From Atribacterota bacterium (GTDB lineage Bacteria > Atribacterota > Phoenicimicrobiia > Phoenicimicrobiales > Stramentimicrobiaceae), in assembly GCA_040767965.1 (NCBI GenBank), contig JAXGNR010000004.1:512001-576000 (forward strand): DNA of 64,000 bases, read 5' to 3'. Shown piece after piece: positions 9,969 through 23,140 of this stretch. The first letter of the stretch is position 1; every line of letters begins with the position of its first letter. The position numbers were made by a program, and so were the translations under genes. The notes under the pieces are model-generated. The model saw nothing but the letters and a program-made list of their open reading frames with translations, was not told the DNA's origin and did no database searches.

Positions 9969-10271
9969 ATGGACATTAAAAAAATTAAACCATTGGGCGA
10001 CCGTATATTGGTAAAACCAGTCGTGGAAGAGGAAAAAACAAAAGGTGGTATTGTATTGCCGGATACAGTCTCCAAAGAAAAGCCCCAAGTAGGAGAAGTA
10101 TTGGCAGTAGGACCAGGCAGAACCAATGATGACGGAAAAACATTTCCAATGCAGTTTAAAACAGGTGATAAAGTTATTTATGCAAAATATTCCGGTACAG
10201 ATTTAAAAGATGATGACGACGAAGATTATCTCTTATTGAGTGAAAAAGATATTTTAGCAATTTTGGAATAG
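9969..10271 (+). CDS. groES: Co-chaperonin GroES
   Basis: [26 protein letters not shown] and EKDILAI; AAGGAGG RBS. Confidence 0.98.
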   Translation: MDIKKIKPLGDRILVKPVVEEEKTKGGIVLPDTVSKEKPQVGEVLAVGPGRTNDDGKTFPMQFKTGDKVIYAKYSGTDLKDDDDEDYLLLSEKDILAILE

Positions 10272-10304
10272 AAAAAACAGGTAAATCAGGTAGATAAAGT
10301 AATA

Positions 10305-10335
10305 AGCTATTATAATGGTAGATATTATAGTAGCT
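10305..10335 (+). other. groES-groEL intergenic hairpin
   Basis: AGCTATTATAAT / ATTATAGTAGCT 12-bp stem with no U tail, so possibly an mRNA stability element. Confidence 0.45.
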
Positions 10336-10372
10336 GAAATTATTAAAAAGTTTTAGTAAAGAAGAAATTTAG

Positions 10373-12025
<1,653 letters not shown>

Positions 12026-12088
12026 AATTAACTACTGAATTGAGCAGACAATAGATAATTAAACTAAGATTTATTCAAAAAATATGAG

Positions 12089-12142
12089 TTAAATATTAAA
12101 AAAGGCATCTCATTTAAACGGGATGCCTTTTTTAATATTTAA
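12089..12142. terminator. Bidirectional terminator between groEL and ald
   Basis: TTAAATATTAAAAAAGGCATC / GATGCCTTTTTTAATATTTAA perfect 21-bp arms between convergent genes. Confidence 0.9.
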
Positions 12143-12158
12143 TTTTATCAATTCTCTA

Positions 12159-13271
12159 TTAAAATAGATCTGAAATATTGTAAAAGTGTAAATTAAAAAG
12201 ATCTGCTATGGGTTTATTGGTTATTTTTCCTTTGTAAATATTGAGACCATTAGCGATAGATTTATTTCTTAGGATGGTTTTTTCAAGTTTATCATTGGCT
12301 ATTTCCAGTATATATGGCAAAGTGGCATTGGTAAGCGCAAAAGTAGAAGTTCTTGCAAAAGCACCTGGCATATTTGTGACACAATAATGCAAAATATTAT
12401 GAATTTTAAAAACAGGGTTGCTATGAGATGTTGGTTTACTTGTTTCTATACAGCCTCCCTGATCTATTGCAACATCTACGACAATTGAATTTGGCTGCAT
12501 CATTTTAATCATATTCTCTGAGACTATTTTCGGTGCAGCTGAACCAGGAACTAATACTGCCCCAATTAAGGCATCTGCATCTTTTATTTCATTTTCAATA
12601 TTATGTTTATTAGAAACCAATAAATTGATATTTTTAGGTAAAATATCCTCTAAATATTTTAATCTATTTAGATTTATATCAAATATGATAACATTTGCAC
12701 CGATACCTGCGGCTATTTTTGCAGCATTAGTACCAACAGTGCCTCCGCCTATCACTAATATTTTAGCCGGTTTTACTCCTGGAACACCGCCCATCAAAAC
12801 CCCCTTTCCCCCCATTGGCAAAGCAAGGAAATAAGCAGCTACATGTCCAGCCATTTTGCCTGCAATTTCACTCATTGGTGATAACAATGGTAATGAGTGA
12901 TTTTCGTCTTCAATGGTTTCGTATGCTATACAGATACATTTTTGGTTAACCATAGCAGTCGTTAATTCTAGTGAGGCAGCAAAATGAAAAAAGGTAAAGA
13001 TAATCTGGTTTTCTCTAATTAAAGAATATTCGTTTTTTAAAGGTTCTTTAACTTTTAAAATCATTTGAGATTCATTATAAATCTCCTCTGCCTTTTCATA
13101 AATAACAGCACCTGCATCTAAATATTGTTGGTCAGAAATTCCGCTACCTGACCCGGCGAGTTTTTCAATTATTATTTTATGTCCAGCGCTAAAAAGAGAA
13201 TTAACTCCAGCGGGAGTAATTGCAACCCTATTTTCATTATTTTTTATTTCTTTTGGTATACCGATTATCAT
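12159..13271 (-). CDS. ald: Alanine dehydrogenase
   Basis: IGIPKEIKNNENRVA, KVKEP, PMSEIAG, GGGTVG, VAIDQGGC and NMPGA. Confidence 0.96.
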   Translation of the reverse strand: MIIGIPKEIKNNENRVAITPAGVNSLFSAGHKIIIEKLAGSGSGISDQQYLDAGAVIYEKAEEIYNESQMILKVKEPLKNEYSLIRENQIIFTFFHFAASLELTTAMVNQKCICIAYETIEDENHSLPLLSPMSEIAGKMAGHVAAYFLALPMGGKGVLMGGVPGVKPAKILVIGGGTVGTNAAKIAAGIGANVIIFDINLNRLKYLEDILPKNINLLVSNKHNIENEIKDADALIGAVLVPGSAAPKIVSENMIKMMQPNSIVVDVAIDQGGCIETSKPTSHSNPVFKIHNILHYCVTNMPGAFARTSTFALTNATLPYILEIANDKLEKTILRNKSIANGLNIYKGKITNKPIADLFNLHFYNISDLF

Positions 13272-13446
13272 TTAATCAGTCTCCTTTTTAATATCAAATT
13301 AGATTTGATTAAGAGAAATAATTATTAATATAATTACATCATTGTAAATAATAGTAAATATAAATTATAATTGCTGTAATGTTAAATACAAACTGTATAA
13401 AATGAAAAAATTTAAGAAGTTATTTATTCTCTTCTGTTGGAATAAG

Positions 13447-13496
13447 AAAAAATACGTGATTAGTATTTTTCATAGTAACATGCTAATCACGTATTT
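13447..13496 (-). terminator. Terminator of the fhs-gcv operon
   Basis: AAATACGTGATTAGTAT / ATGCTAATCACGTATTT inverted repeat 45 nt past the gcvT stop. Confidence 0.75.
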
Positions 13497-13539
13497 AAAA
13501 TGATTAAATAAACACATTTTATTTATATCTGCACTTTTT

Positions 13540-14664
13540 TTATCTTTTATTTATTGGAGCATAAAAGGGCAAAGAAACAATTTCTGCTTCAACTGGCTTG
13601 TTTCTAATAATAATATTAACTTTGATACCTTCAACAGTATGAGGTTGGTTTAACAATGCCATAGCAAATACTTTTTTTAAGGTAGGACAATAGTTCCCGG
13701 AAGTAATAAAACCAATATTTTGTTGATCTCTCACTACTTCCATTTTATTTCTGGGAATTCCTCCTTGTGATACTGCCAAACCAACTAATTTCCTTGAAAG
13801 GCCTTCTTGTTTTATTTTTAGTAAGCTGTCTCTTCCAATAAAATTATCTTTATCGAATTTAACTGCCCATCCTTGTCCTGTTTCGAGAGGGTTAATATTT
13901 TCATCAATATCATTTCCGTATAACCAGTATGAAACTTCAAACCTGGTAGTATCTCTTGAACCCAAACCACAAGGTTTAATACCATGAATTTGACCATTTT
14001 CCAATGTATTTTTCCAAATATCTATTATGTCCTTTGCGTTTAGTGTATATATTTCAAAGCCATCTTCGCCAGTATAGCCTGTTCTGGATATTAATACATC
14101 CTTCCCAAACAGAGTTCCGTATATGAAAGTGAATCTTTTTAATTGCTGTAAGGGAATATCGGCTTGAAAAAATGGGGACAGTAATTTTTCTGCAAAGGGC
14201 CCCTGTACTGCTACTTCTCCATATTGTTGACTTTTATTAAAAATTTCAACATTAAATTTACTGCTATGTTTTTTTATCCAGTGTTCATCTTTTTCTGAAT
14301 AATTAGTGGAAGCATTGACAACTAGAAGAATAAAATCATCTTCAATTTTATATACAAATAAGTCATCTACTTGTCCTCCAGAATGGTAACACATAGGAGA
14401 ATATTTAATTGTGCCATTTTTCATGTTGTCGACTTTGTTCGTTAAAAGATAATTAACGAAAGGAATTGCATCAGGTCCTTTTATTTCTATTTCGCCCATA
14501 TGGGATACATCAAAGATTCCGACATTTTTTCTTACGGCATTATGCTCTTCGATTATACTTGTGTAATGGACTGGCATATCGAACCCATCAAATGGGATCA
14601 TTCGAGCATTTAATTTTAGATGCTCCTGGTGGAGCGGTGTTAATAATAAATCATTATCATGCAT
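13540..14664 (-). CDS. gcvT: Glycine cleavage T protein (aminomethyltransferase)
   Basis: EEHNAVR, FDVSHMGE, SRTGYTGEDGFEI and GLGSRDTTRFE. Confidence 0.96.
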   Translation of the reverse strand: MHDNDLLLTPLHQEHLKLNARMIPFDGFDMPVHYTSIIEEHNAVRKNVGIFDVSHMGEIEIKGPDAIPFVNYLLTNKVDNMKNGTIKYSPMCYHSGGQVDDLFVYKIEDDFILLVVNASTNYSEKDEHWIKKHSSKFNVEIFNKSQQYGEVAVQGPFAEKLLSPFFQADIPLQQLKRFTFIYGTLFGKDVLISRTGYTGEDGFEIYTLNAKDIIDIWKNTLENGQIHGIKPCGLGSRDTTRFEVSYWLYGNDIDENINPLETGQGWAVKFDKDNFIGRDSLLKIKQEGLSRKLVGLAVSQGGIPRNKMEVVRDQQNIGFITSGNYCPTLKKVFAMALLNQPHTVEGIKVNIIIRNKPVEAEIVSLPFYAPINKR

Positions 14665-14677
14665 CAGAATCTCCTTC

Positions 14678-16183
14678 TTAGAAGTTAATATTTTCTTCAG
14701 TGTAATTTAGTTTTTCTTTTAGTTTTAGTTCATCATCGTAAGTCAAAATTGCTAGCTTGATTGCCAGAGCATCATCAGTTTGGCTAATAGGCGTAGCATG
14801 CGGGGCAGATTTTAAAAGTTCAGGTTTTTCTTTGGCTTCCTGGGATACTTTAATCATTACCTCAATAAAGTTATCCAGAGTTTCTTTGCCTTCAGATTCT
14901 GGTGGCTCAATCATAATTGTTTCATCTGCATAAGGTTCAAAATGAGGGAAATATATAGTAGGGGGGTGATAGCCATAATCCATTAACCTTTTAGCAATCT
15001 GAAGTGTCTTTATACCATATTTTTTATATTCTCTTCCTGTTAGAGTACATTCGTGCCCGCATAAGCGATCATAAGCAGGCTTGTAGTAATCTTTTAATTT
15101 TGCCAGGACATAATTTGCATTTATAATGCTTGCTTTGGATGATTCGTATAAACCTTCAGGGCCTAATGAAAGAATCCAGCTAATAGTTTTTATTAAAACA
15201 GAGAAGTTACTCCAGAAACTTCTTATCATGCCAACACTTTTTGGTCCTGCATCTTTAAAAAAGTATTTATTTGTATCCGAATTGAAATCAACCAAAGGTG
15301 TTGGCAAGTAAGGAGTCAGGTTGCTTTTTACTCCTATAACTCCAGCACCAGGACCTCCTCCTCCATGGGGAGTTGAAAAAGTTTTGTGAAGATTCAAATG
15401 AACGACATCAAAACCAGTATCTCCAGGACGGAGGATACCCAGAGAAGCATTGAGGTTGGCTCCATCGTAATATAGCAAACCACCTTTTTCATGGATAATT
15501 TTTTCTATTTTTTCAATGCCTTCATCATATAATCCAACTGTGTTTGGGTTAGTTAACATTAGCCCTACGGTTTGTTCATCCATTGCCTGGGCAAGGGCAT
15601 TTATATTAACTGTTCCCTGATCATTTGATTTGATTTCTACTACATCGAAACCTCCCATTGCAGCTGAGGCTGGGTTTGTACCATGAGCCGAATCCGGAAT
15701 TAGCATTTTATGTCTTTTTTGCCCTTGATCCAGAAAGTATTTTCTCATTATAAGTATGCCTGTTAATTCTCCATGGGCTCCGGATGCAGGTGCCATTGTG
15801 AATTGATTCATTCCAGTGATTTCACAAAGTAACTTATTTAACTCAAACATAATCTCTAAACTTCCCTGTACCAATTCAACCGGAGCGAAAGGATGTGCCT
15901 GTGTAAATCTACTTAAAGAGGCCATCTTTTCATTAATTCTTGGATTATATTTCATAGTACATGATCCAAGAGGGTATAATCCATCATCAACTCCATAATT
16001 ATACTTAGAGAGTCTGGTAAAATGCCGAATAACATCAACTTCAGAAACTTCACATAATTCTTTAATTTCTTGGTCTAAAAGCTTTGCTGGTAAAATATTA
16101 TCAATTTTTATATCATCAAACAAATCTCCCGGGATAGAATAGCCCACTCTTCCAGGTATGCTTTTTTCAAAAATAAGTTTCAT
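14678..16183 (-). CDS. gcvPB: Glycine dehydrogenase (decarboxylating) subunit 2
   Basis: YPLGSCTMKYNP, SAHGTNPASA and HLNLHKTFSTPHGGGGPG (PLP Lys). Confidence 0.97.
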   Translation of the reverse strand: MKLIFEKSIPGRVGYSIPGDLFDDIKIDNILPAKLLDQEIKELCEVSEVDVIRHFTRLSKYNYGVDDGLYPLGSCTMKYNPRINEKMASLSRFTQAHPFAPVELVQGSLEIMFELNKLLCEITGMNQFTMAPASGAHGELTGILIMRKYFLDQGQKRHKMLIPDSAHGTNPASAAMGGFDVVEIKSNDQGTVNINALAQAMDEQTVGLMLTNPNTVGLYDEGIEKIEKIIHEKGGLLYYDGANLNASLGILRPGDTGFDVVHLNLHKTFSTPHGGGGPGAGVIGVKSNLTPYLPTPLVDFNSDTNKYFFKDAGPKSVGMIRSFWSNFSVLIKTISWILSLGPEGLYESSKASIINANYVLAKLKDYYKPAYDRLCGHECTLTGREYKKYGIKTLQIAKRLMDYGYHPPTIYFPHFEPYADETIMIEPPESEGKETLDNFIEVMIKVSQEAKEKPELLKSAPHATPISQTDDALAIKLAILTYDDELKLKEKLNYTEENINF

Positions 16184-16192
16184 ATTATCCTC

Positions 16193-17536
16193 CTATTTAG
16201 AAAGTAACTTACTAATCAAATCCAGATCATCTCTACTGAATATTTCAGTAATGGCAAAAAGAAAAATATTTTGTAATGATTTATCATGATAATATTCCTG
16301 AATTGAAAGAGGAGGAATAAAACAGTTATCTATCAGCGTTTTTTTTAGGTATTCAGCATCACCTTTGTATCTTAACAAAAACTCATTAAAATAAGGATAA
16401 TGGTAAATTTTTTCAAAATATTTATTTTCCAATAGTAGGTTTTCTAAATAATGAGCTTTTTTTGTATTTAATAAAGAGTATTGATAAATTCCATTGGTTC
16501 CCATTAATGATAGATATATATTCGCAGCAACTACGTTTAAATTATGATTTGTACATATATTTGAAGTTGCTTTTTCACGGCGAATATCTTGTTCTCGAGC
16601 TCTAAAAGTCATTACAAAACATCTTTTGCCATCTTTGTCAGTAGTTTCCCCGGCGATTCTTCCAGGAATTTGACGGATGTATTTTTTTTGGGTAGCTAAA
16701 AAAGCATTATGAGGACCGCCAAAATCAATATCTATCCCAAAAGATTGCGTATTTCCGACTGCAATATCAACATTCATTTCTCCTGGCGGTTTTAATAAGC
16801 CAAGAGACATGCTTTCAGTAATTACCTGTATTAAGAGAGCATCATTGTCATGAGCAATTTTTGAAAAATCTGAAATGTTTTCAATGGCACCGAAAAAATT
16901 CGGGCTTTGAATGATTATACAAGCAGTCTCTTTATCAACAGATCTGTTTACTTGCTCCAGAGAAGTTAACCCATTGTTAAAAGGTAATATTTCAATATTG
17001 ATATTATGTGGATCAAGATAAGTTTTTATAGTTTCTAAATAATGGGGATGCAGTAATGATGAGACAATAATTTTATTTTTGTGTTTTAATCTTAAAGACA
17101 TAAGGATTGCTTCAGCAGTAGCAGATGCTCCATCAAATATAGAAGGCACTATCACTTCCATCTTAGTAAGTCTGGCAATATAGGTTTGATATTCAAACAT
17201 AGCCTGTAATGTACCTTGACTAAGTTCTGGCTGGTAAGGAGTATAACATGTCCAGAATTCCTGCCTTTGCATTAATGCTTTTTGTGCTTCAGGAATAAAG
17301 TGTTTATAAGCGCCTGCTCCAGTCAAGGGTTTAAATTGCTGAAAATCGGCATTTTTTTGAGAGATATTTATAATCTTGTCTTCTAGTTCAAATTCAGAAA
17401 GAGCAGGGGGTATATTTAATTTTCTTTTTAATTTAACATCTTCAGGGATACTTTCAATTAATTGTTCAAAAGAAGAAACGCCAATTTCTTTAATCATTTC
17501 TTCTTGTTGCTCTTTAGTTGATGGAATATATCTCAT
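16193..17536 (-). CDS. gcvPA: Glycine dehydrogenase (decarboxylating) subunit 1
   Basis: YTPYQPELSQGTLQ and REQDIRREKATSNICTN. Confidence 0.96.
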   Translation of the reverse strand: MRYIPSTKEQQEEMIKEIGVSSFEQLIESIPEDVKLKRKLNIPPALSEFELEDKIINISQKNADFQQFKPLTGAGAYKHFIPEAQKALMQRQEFWTCYTPYQPELSQGTLQAMFEYQTYIARLTKMEVIVPSIFDGASATAEAILMSLRLKHKNKIIVSSLLHPHYLETIKTYLDPHNINIEILPFNNGLTSLEQVNRSVDKETACIIIQSPNFFGAIENISDFSKIAHDNDALLIQVITESMSLGLLKPPGEMNVDIAVGNTQSFGIDIDFGGPHNAFLATQKKYIRQIPGRIAGETTDKDGKRCFVMTFRAREQDIRREKATSNICTNHNLNVVAANIYLSLMGTNGIYQYSLLNTKKAHYLENLLLENKYFEKIYHYPYFNEFLLRYKGDAEYLKKTLIDNCFIPPLSIQEYYHDKSLQNIFLFAITEIFSRDDLDLISKLLSK

Positions 17537-17554
17537 AATATTTACTCCTGCTTT

Positions 17555-17941
17555 TTATTCTTTACGAAATTCAGTATATTCAGAAACAGTCATAAGTTCT
17601 TTTATTTCATCCGGATTATTTATTTTTATTTTTGCGAACCATCCTGCTCCAAATGGATCTTGATTCACAATTGATGGATCGTCAATTACATTTTGGTTTA
17701 TTTCAACAACTTCTCCACCTATGGGAGAGTAAACATCAGAAACTGCTTTTACAGATTCCACAGTAGTAAGAACATCGCCCTTGCTAATTTTGTTCCCTAA
17801 CTTTATTTCTTCTATATATACAATGTCACCTAATTGATCCTGGGCATAATCTGTAATTCCTATTGTAACTATATCAGAACCTTCATCTTTTACCCATTCA
17901 TCATTTTTACTATAATATACATCTTTTGAAATTTTAACCAT
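17555..17941 (-). CDS. gcvH: Glycine cleavage H protein (start revised to ATG 17941)
   Basis: GITDYAQDQLGDIVY and lipoyl-Lys motif VESVKAVSD; GGAGG RBS at 17954-17950. Confidence 0.96.
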   Translation of the reverse strand: MVKISKDVYYSKNDEWVKDEGSDIVTIGITDYAQDQLGDIVYIEEIKLGNKISKGDVLTTVESVKAVSDVYSPIGGEVVEINQNVIDDPSIVNQDPFGAGWFAKIKINNPDEIKELMTVSEYTEFRKE

Positions 17942-17975
17942 TGTAAATACCTCCAAATTTATTATTTTTATTATT

Positions 17976-19673
17976 TTAAAACAAACCGATGGTTTTGCCA
18001 TCTTTATCAATATCTATTTTTGCAGCTGACGGTAGTGACGGCAGTCCAGGCATAGTCATCATTGTACCTAAAAGAGGGTAGAGGAAACCAGCACCAACCG
18101 AAGCTTTAATATCACGAATTGGGACTAAAAAGTTTTTAGGCCTTCCCTTTAAAGCTGGATCATGCGATAAAGAGAGATGGGTTTTTGCCATACAAATAGG
18201 CAAGTCACTGAAGCCAGCGGATTCAAACAATTTGATATTTTTCAAGGCTTGATTTTCATAAGTTACTCCTTGAGCTCCATATACCTTTGTTGCAATAGTT
18301 TCAATTTTTTCTTTGATAGTGGCATTCAACGGGTACAGATAATGGAAATTATTTTCTTTTTCGGTTGCAGCAACTACTGCTTCAGCTAGTTCAGTACATC
18401 CTGTGCCGCCTTTTTCCCAGCCTTCATGGGTTACTACTGATGCGGCACCGTATTTTAATCCAATTTCTTTAATAAGATTAATTTCATTTTCTGTATCAGT
18501 AGGGAATCGATTGATAACCACGATAGGCGTTACACCATGCAATTGAACATTTTCAATATGTTTTTGTAAATTTTCACATCCTTTCTCGACAGCTTTTAAA
18601 TCTTCCTGTGCTAATTTTTTCTGGTCTAATGGTTTACCAGCTATCACCTGAATAGCATCCCCATGCATTTTTAAAGCCCGGATTGTGCATACTATTACAG
18701 CAGCATCAACCCTCAAGTTGCTTGTTCTGCATTTTATGTTACACATTTTTTCAAATCCCATATCTGACCCAAAGCCTGCTTCAGTAACAACGTAATCAGC
18801 GAGTCTTGTAGCAATCAAATCTGCCAAGACAGAGTTGTTTCCATGGGCAATATTAGCAAAAGGACCACAATGCATAAAACAGGCTCCGTGTTCCAGTGTT
18901 TGAATAAGATTAGGATTAATTGCGTCTTTTAGCAATACGGTCATAGCTCCAGCTGCTTTTAGATCTTCTGCTGTAACAGGTTTTCCTTCCTTTGTATAAG
19001 CAACAGTCATTTTGCTCAATCTGTTTCGCAGGTCAAAAATATCAGTTGATAAAGCTAAGATTGCCATAACTTCTGAAGCAACTGTTATATCAAATCCTGT
19101 TTCTCGCGGAATGCCGTTAGTTTTTCCTCCCAATCCAATGACAATATTTCTTATTGAACGATCGGATATATCCAATACGCGGTTAATTCCAATACTATGC
19201 AAGTCAATGTTTAATTTGTTTCCTTTTTGCAAATGGGTGTCTAACATGGCACAAAGCAAATTATTAGCTGACCCTACAGCATGGATATCCCCTGTAAAAT
19301 GTAAATTTAAATCTTCCATTGGTACAACTTGAGAGAAACCACCTCCGGCAGCTCCTCCTTTAATACCAAAAACAGGGCCCATTGAAGGCTCTCTTAGAGT
19401 ATTGATAACATTTTTACCAATCTTGGCTAGGCCTTGTCCTAGGCCAATTGTGGTGACTGTTTTCCCTTCGCCAAGAGGGGTAGGGGTAATTGCAGTAACA
19501 ACGATGTATTTCCCTTGTTTTTTGTCACGTATACGATTAAGAATATTTGTTTTAACCTTAGCCTTAAATTTACCATAAAGTTCTAACTCTTCTTCTTCAA
19601 TACCAATAGAAGCTGCTATTTCATTGATGGGTTTTAATTTAGTGCTTTGAGCAATTTCCAGGTCTGATAACAT
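17976..19673 (-). CDS. fhs: Formate-tetrahydrofolate ligase
   Basis: TPLGEGKT, GIKGGAAGGG, LHFTGDIHA, GPFANIAHG, TEAGFGSDMG and MTMPGLP. Confidence 0.98.
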   Translation of the reverse strand: MLSDLEIAQSTKLKPINEIAASIGIEEEELELYGKFKAKVKTNILNRIRDKKQGKYIVVTAITPTPLGEGKTVTTIGLGQGLAKIGKNVINTLREPSMGPVFGIKGGAAGGGFSQVVPMEDLNLHFTGDIHAVGSANNLLCAMLDTHLQKGNKLNIDLHSIGINRVLDISDRSIRNIVIGLGGKTNGIPRETGFDITVASEVMAILALSTDIFDLRNRLSKMTVAYTKEGKPVTAEDLKAAGAMTVLLKDAINPNLIQTLEHGACFMHCGPFANIAHGNNSVLADLIATRLADYVVTEAGFGSDMGFEKMCNIKCRTSNLRVDAAVIVCTIRALKMHGDAIQVIAGKPLDQKKLAQEDLKAVEKGCENLQKHIENVQLHGVTPIVVINRFPTDTENEINLIKEIGLKYGAASVVTHEGWEKGGTGCTELAEAVVAATEKENNFHYLYPLNATIKEKIETIATKVYGAQGVTYENQALKNIKLFESAGFSDLPICMAKTHLSLSHDPALKGRPKNFLVPIRDIKASVGAGFLYPLLGTMMTMPGLPSLPSAAKIDIDKDGKTIGLF

Positions 19674-19706
19674 GAATACCTCCTTAGATTTATTTTTATT
19701 TTACAT

Positions 19707-19748
19707 AAAAAAAGACAGGTCCTATTATTTATATTTAGGACTCTGTCT
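19707..19748 (-). terminator. Riboswitch-controlled intrinsic terminator (expression platform)
   Basis: Minus strand AGACAGAGTCCTA-loop-TAGGACCTGTCT-TTTTTT; its 5' arm overlaps the 3' P1 strand of aptamer 2. Confidence 0.85.
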
Positions 19749-19995
19749 ATAAACCTGAGAGATTTTTCCTAGAAAAAAGATTTTAATTAAATTATAGAAA
19801 ATTTTATTTTTTTTCATATCTATTTTTAATTAAAAAACAAAATATAATCAGGAAATTGCCCCTTTGGTGACCTTACGATCTTTCCAGAGTTCTGTCCGAC
19901 TTCGGTCCCATTGCCTGAGAGTTTAGATGTTCTCATCTTGCCCCTTCGGCGTTTTTTCATAAAAGAAAAAAACTCTCCCGAAATCTTCATACAGG
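19740..19995 (-). ncRNA. Tandem glycine riboswitch
   Basis: Aptamer 1 GGAGAG..GCCGAAGGGGCAA..AAACTCTCAGGCAATGGGAC; aptamer 2 CTCTGGAAAG..CACCAAAGGGGCAA..AATCTCTCAGGTTTATAGACAGAG; leader CTGTATGAA pairs with linker GGACAG (kink-turn type). It lies upstream of fhs-gcv. Confidence 0.93.
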
Positions 19996-20140
19996 TTAAG
20001 AATAAATTATTCTTGAATATGTTTATGTAAAGAAATATAAATATGCTATAATTGTAAATACTTTTTTATTTTTAAAAACATTATATAATATAAAAAGAAT
20101 GTTGACAAATATTTAAATTTAAAGGGAGTGAGATAGTCAG

Positions 20141-21703
20141 TTGGATAATAAATTAGAAGTAGAAGCCAAAAATAACTCGATTGTTATTTTAGATTTTGGA
20201 TCACAGTATACCCAGCTAATTGCCAGAAGAATTAGAGAAATGCAGGTTTATTCTGAAATAATTCCCTATGATAAAGCATTTCCAGCGCTATACAGCAATA
20301 TCCCAAAAGGAGTAATATTGTCTGGCGGACCGGATAGTGTTCTAAATGAAAATTATGCAACAATTACAAATGAAATCTTTCATTTAAAAATACCAATTTT
20401 GGGAATTTGCTATGGTTCCCAACTGATAACTAGGTTAATGGAAGGAAAAGTGAACAACGCCGGTAAAGCAGAGTTTGGGAATACAAAAGTAAAAATAAAT
20501 GATAAAGAAGATCTATTTTATGGTTTACCGGAAAATATTACTGCATGGATGAGCCATAATGATGTTATTACTAAGGTTCCCACTGATTTTAAGATAACTG
20601 CTTTATCTTCAGATGGTAAGATTGCTGCTTTTTCAAACAATCACGACTTGATTTATGGATTACAATTTCATCCTGAGGTAACCCATACCGAGAGAGGTAT
20701 TGATATACTGCATAATTTTGTGTTTAGAATTTGCAATTGCTCCAAAACATGGACTCCAAATGCATTTATCGACGATAAGATTAGAGAAATCAAGCAAAAG
20801 GTTGGTAATGGCATGGTAGTAGCAGGTGTTAGCGGAGGGATAGATTCTTTAGTTGCAGCAATATTGACAAATAAAGCTATTCCTGAGCAATTGCATTGCA
20901 TATTTATAGACACTGGCCTTATGCGCAAGAATGAAGCTAAGGAAGTAAGAGAAATATTTAAAAAGCATACAAATATAATTTTGCATGATTATGATCATGG
21001 AAAAGATTTCCTTCAAGCATTACGTGATATTGAAAATCCGGAAGAAAAAAGAAAAATTATTGGTAATTTATTTGTAAGAATATTTGAAGAAAAAGCAAAA
21101 GAAATAGGAGGAGTTACCCATCTTTTGCAGGGTACTCTTTATCCAGACGTGATAGAAAGCACTTCTACTGGTGGTCCTTCAGCAAAGATTAAATCTCATC
21201 ACAATGTTGGAGGTTTACCAGAAAAAATGGATTTAAAATTACTGGAACCTTTAAGAGAATTATTTAAAGATGAAGTTAGGAAAATAGGAGAACAGTTAAA
21301 TATTCCGAAAAATATTTTGGCAAGACAACCTTTCCCAGGGCCAGGACTAGCAATTCGTGTTGTTGGTAAAATAGAAGAAGAAAAATTAAGAATATTAAAA
21401 GATGCTGATGAAATTATAAGAAATGAAATACAAAAAGAAGGACTGGATCAAGATCTCTGGCAATATTTTGGAATACTACTACCAGTAAAATCTGTTGGAG
21501 TAATGGGAGATTTAAGAACTTACGAATACACCCTTGTAATTAGAGCAGTTAGCAGTATTGACGGCATGACTGCTGATTGGGCAAAGTTACCAGTTGATTT
21601 TCTGACAAAAATTTCAAATCAATTAATAAATAATGTTAAAGGCATAAATAGGGTTCTTTATGATATTAGTTCAAAACCACCTGCTACTATTGAATGGGAA
21701 TAG
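20141..21703 (+). CDS. guaA: GMP synthase (glutamine-hydrolysing)
   Basis: LDFGSQYTQLI, GICYG, QFHPEV, SGGIDS, KSHHNVGG and KPPATIEWE; TTG start. Confidence 0.98.
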   Translation: MDNKLEVEAKNNSIVILDFGSQYTQLIARRIREMQVYSEIIPYDKAFPALYSNIPKGVILSGGPDSVLNENYATITNEIFHLKIPILGICYGSQLITRLMEGKVNNAGKAEFGNTKVKINDKEDLFYGLPENITAWMSHNDVITKVPTDFKITALSSDGKIAAFSNNHDLIYGLQFHPEVTHTERGIDILHNFVFRICNCSKTWTPNAFIDDKIREIKQKVGNGMVVAGVSGGIDSLVAAILTNKAIPEQLHCIFIDTGLMRKNEAKEVREIFKKHTNIILHDYDHGKDFLQALRDIENPEEKRKIIGNLFVRIFEEKAKEIGGVTHLLQGTLYPDVIESTSTGGPSAKIKSHHNVGGLPEKMDLKLLEPLRELFKDEVRKIGEQLNIPKNILARQPFPGPGLAIRVVGKIEEEKLRILKDADEIIRNEIQKEGLDQDLWQYFGILLPVKSVGVMGDLRTYEYTLVIRAVSSIDGMTADWAKLPVDFLTKISNQLINNVKGINRVLYDISSKPPATIEWE

Positions 21704-21798
21704 AGCTAATATTATCATTTAATATTTATAAAAACCAATATATCTAATATAAAACAAGATTACTATTTTATCTTGAAAATAAGATGAAAACTTATTAA

Positions 21799-23091
<1,293 letters not shown>

Positions 23092-23140
23092 AAAATTTAT
23101 TAATCTAATTGATAATTTAAATATGTAGGAGATGATAAAA

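Noticed and set aside
17942-18010. Apparent N-terminal extensions on gcvH, and similarly rpsU, rpmF, ilvE, purA, glyQ, ppdK, pta and fapR
   Set aside because: These are longest-ORF artefacts; downstream starts match family N-termini and mostly have a properly spaced SD.
20000-20140. Possible purine riboswitch or PurR box before guaA
   Set aside because: No aptamer core or terminator is visible; it is only AT-rich divergent promoter DNA.
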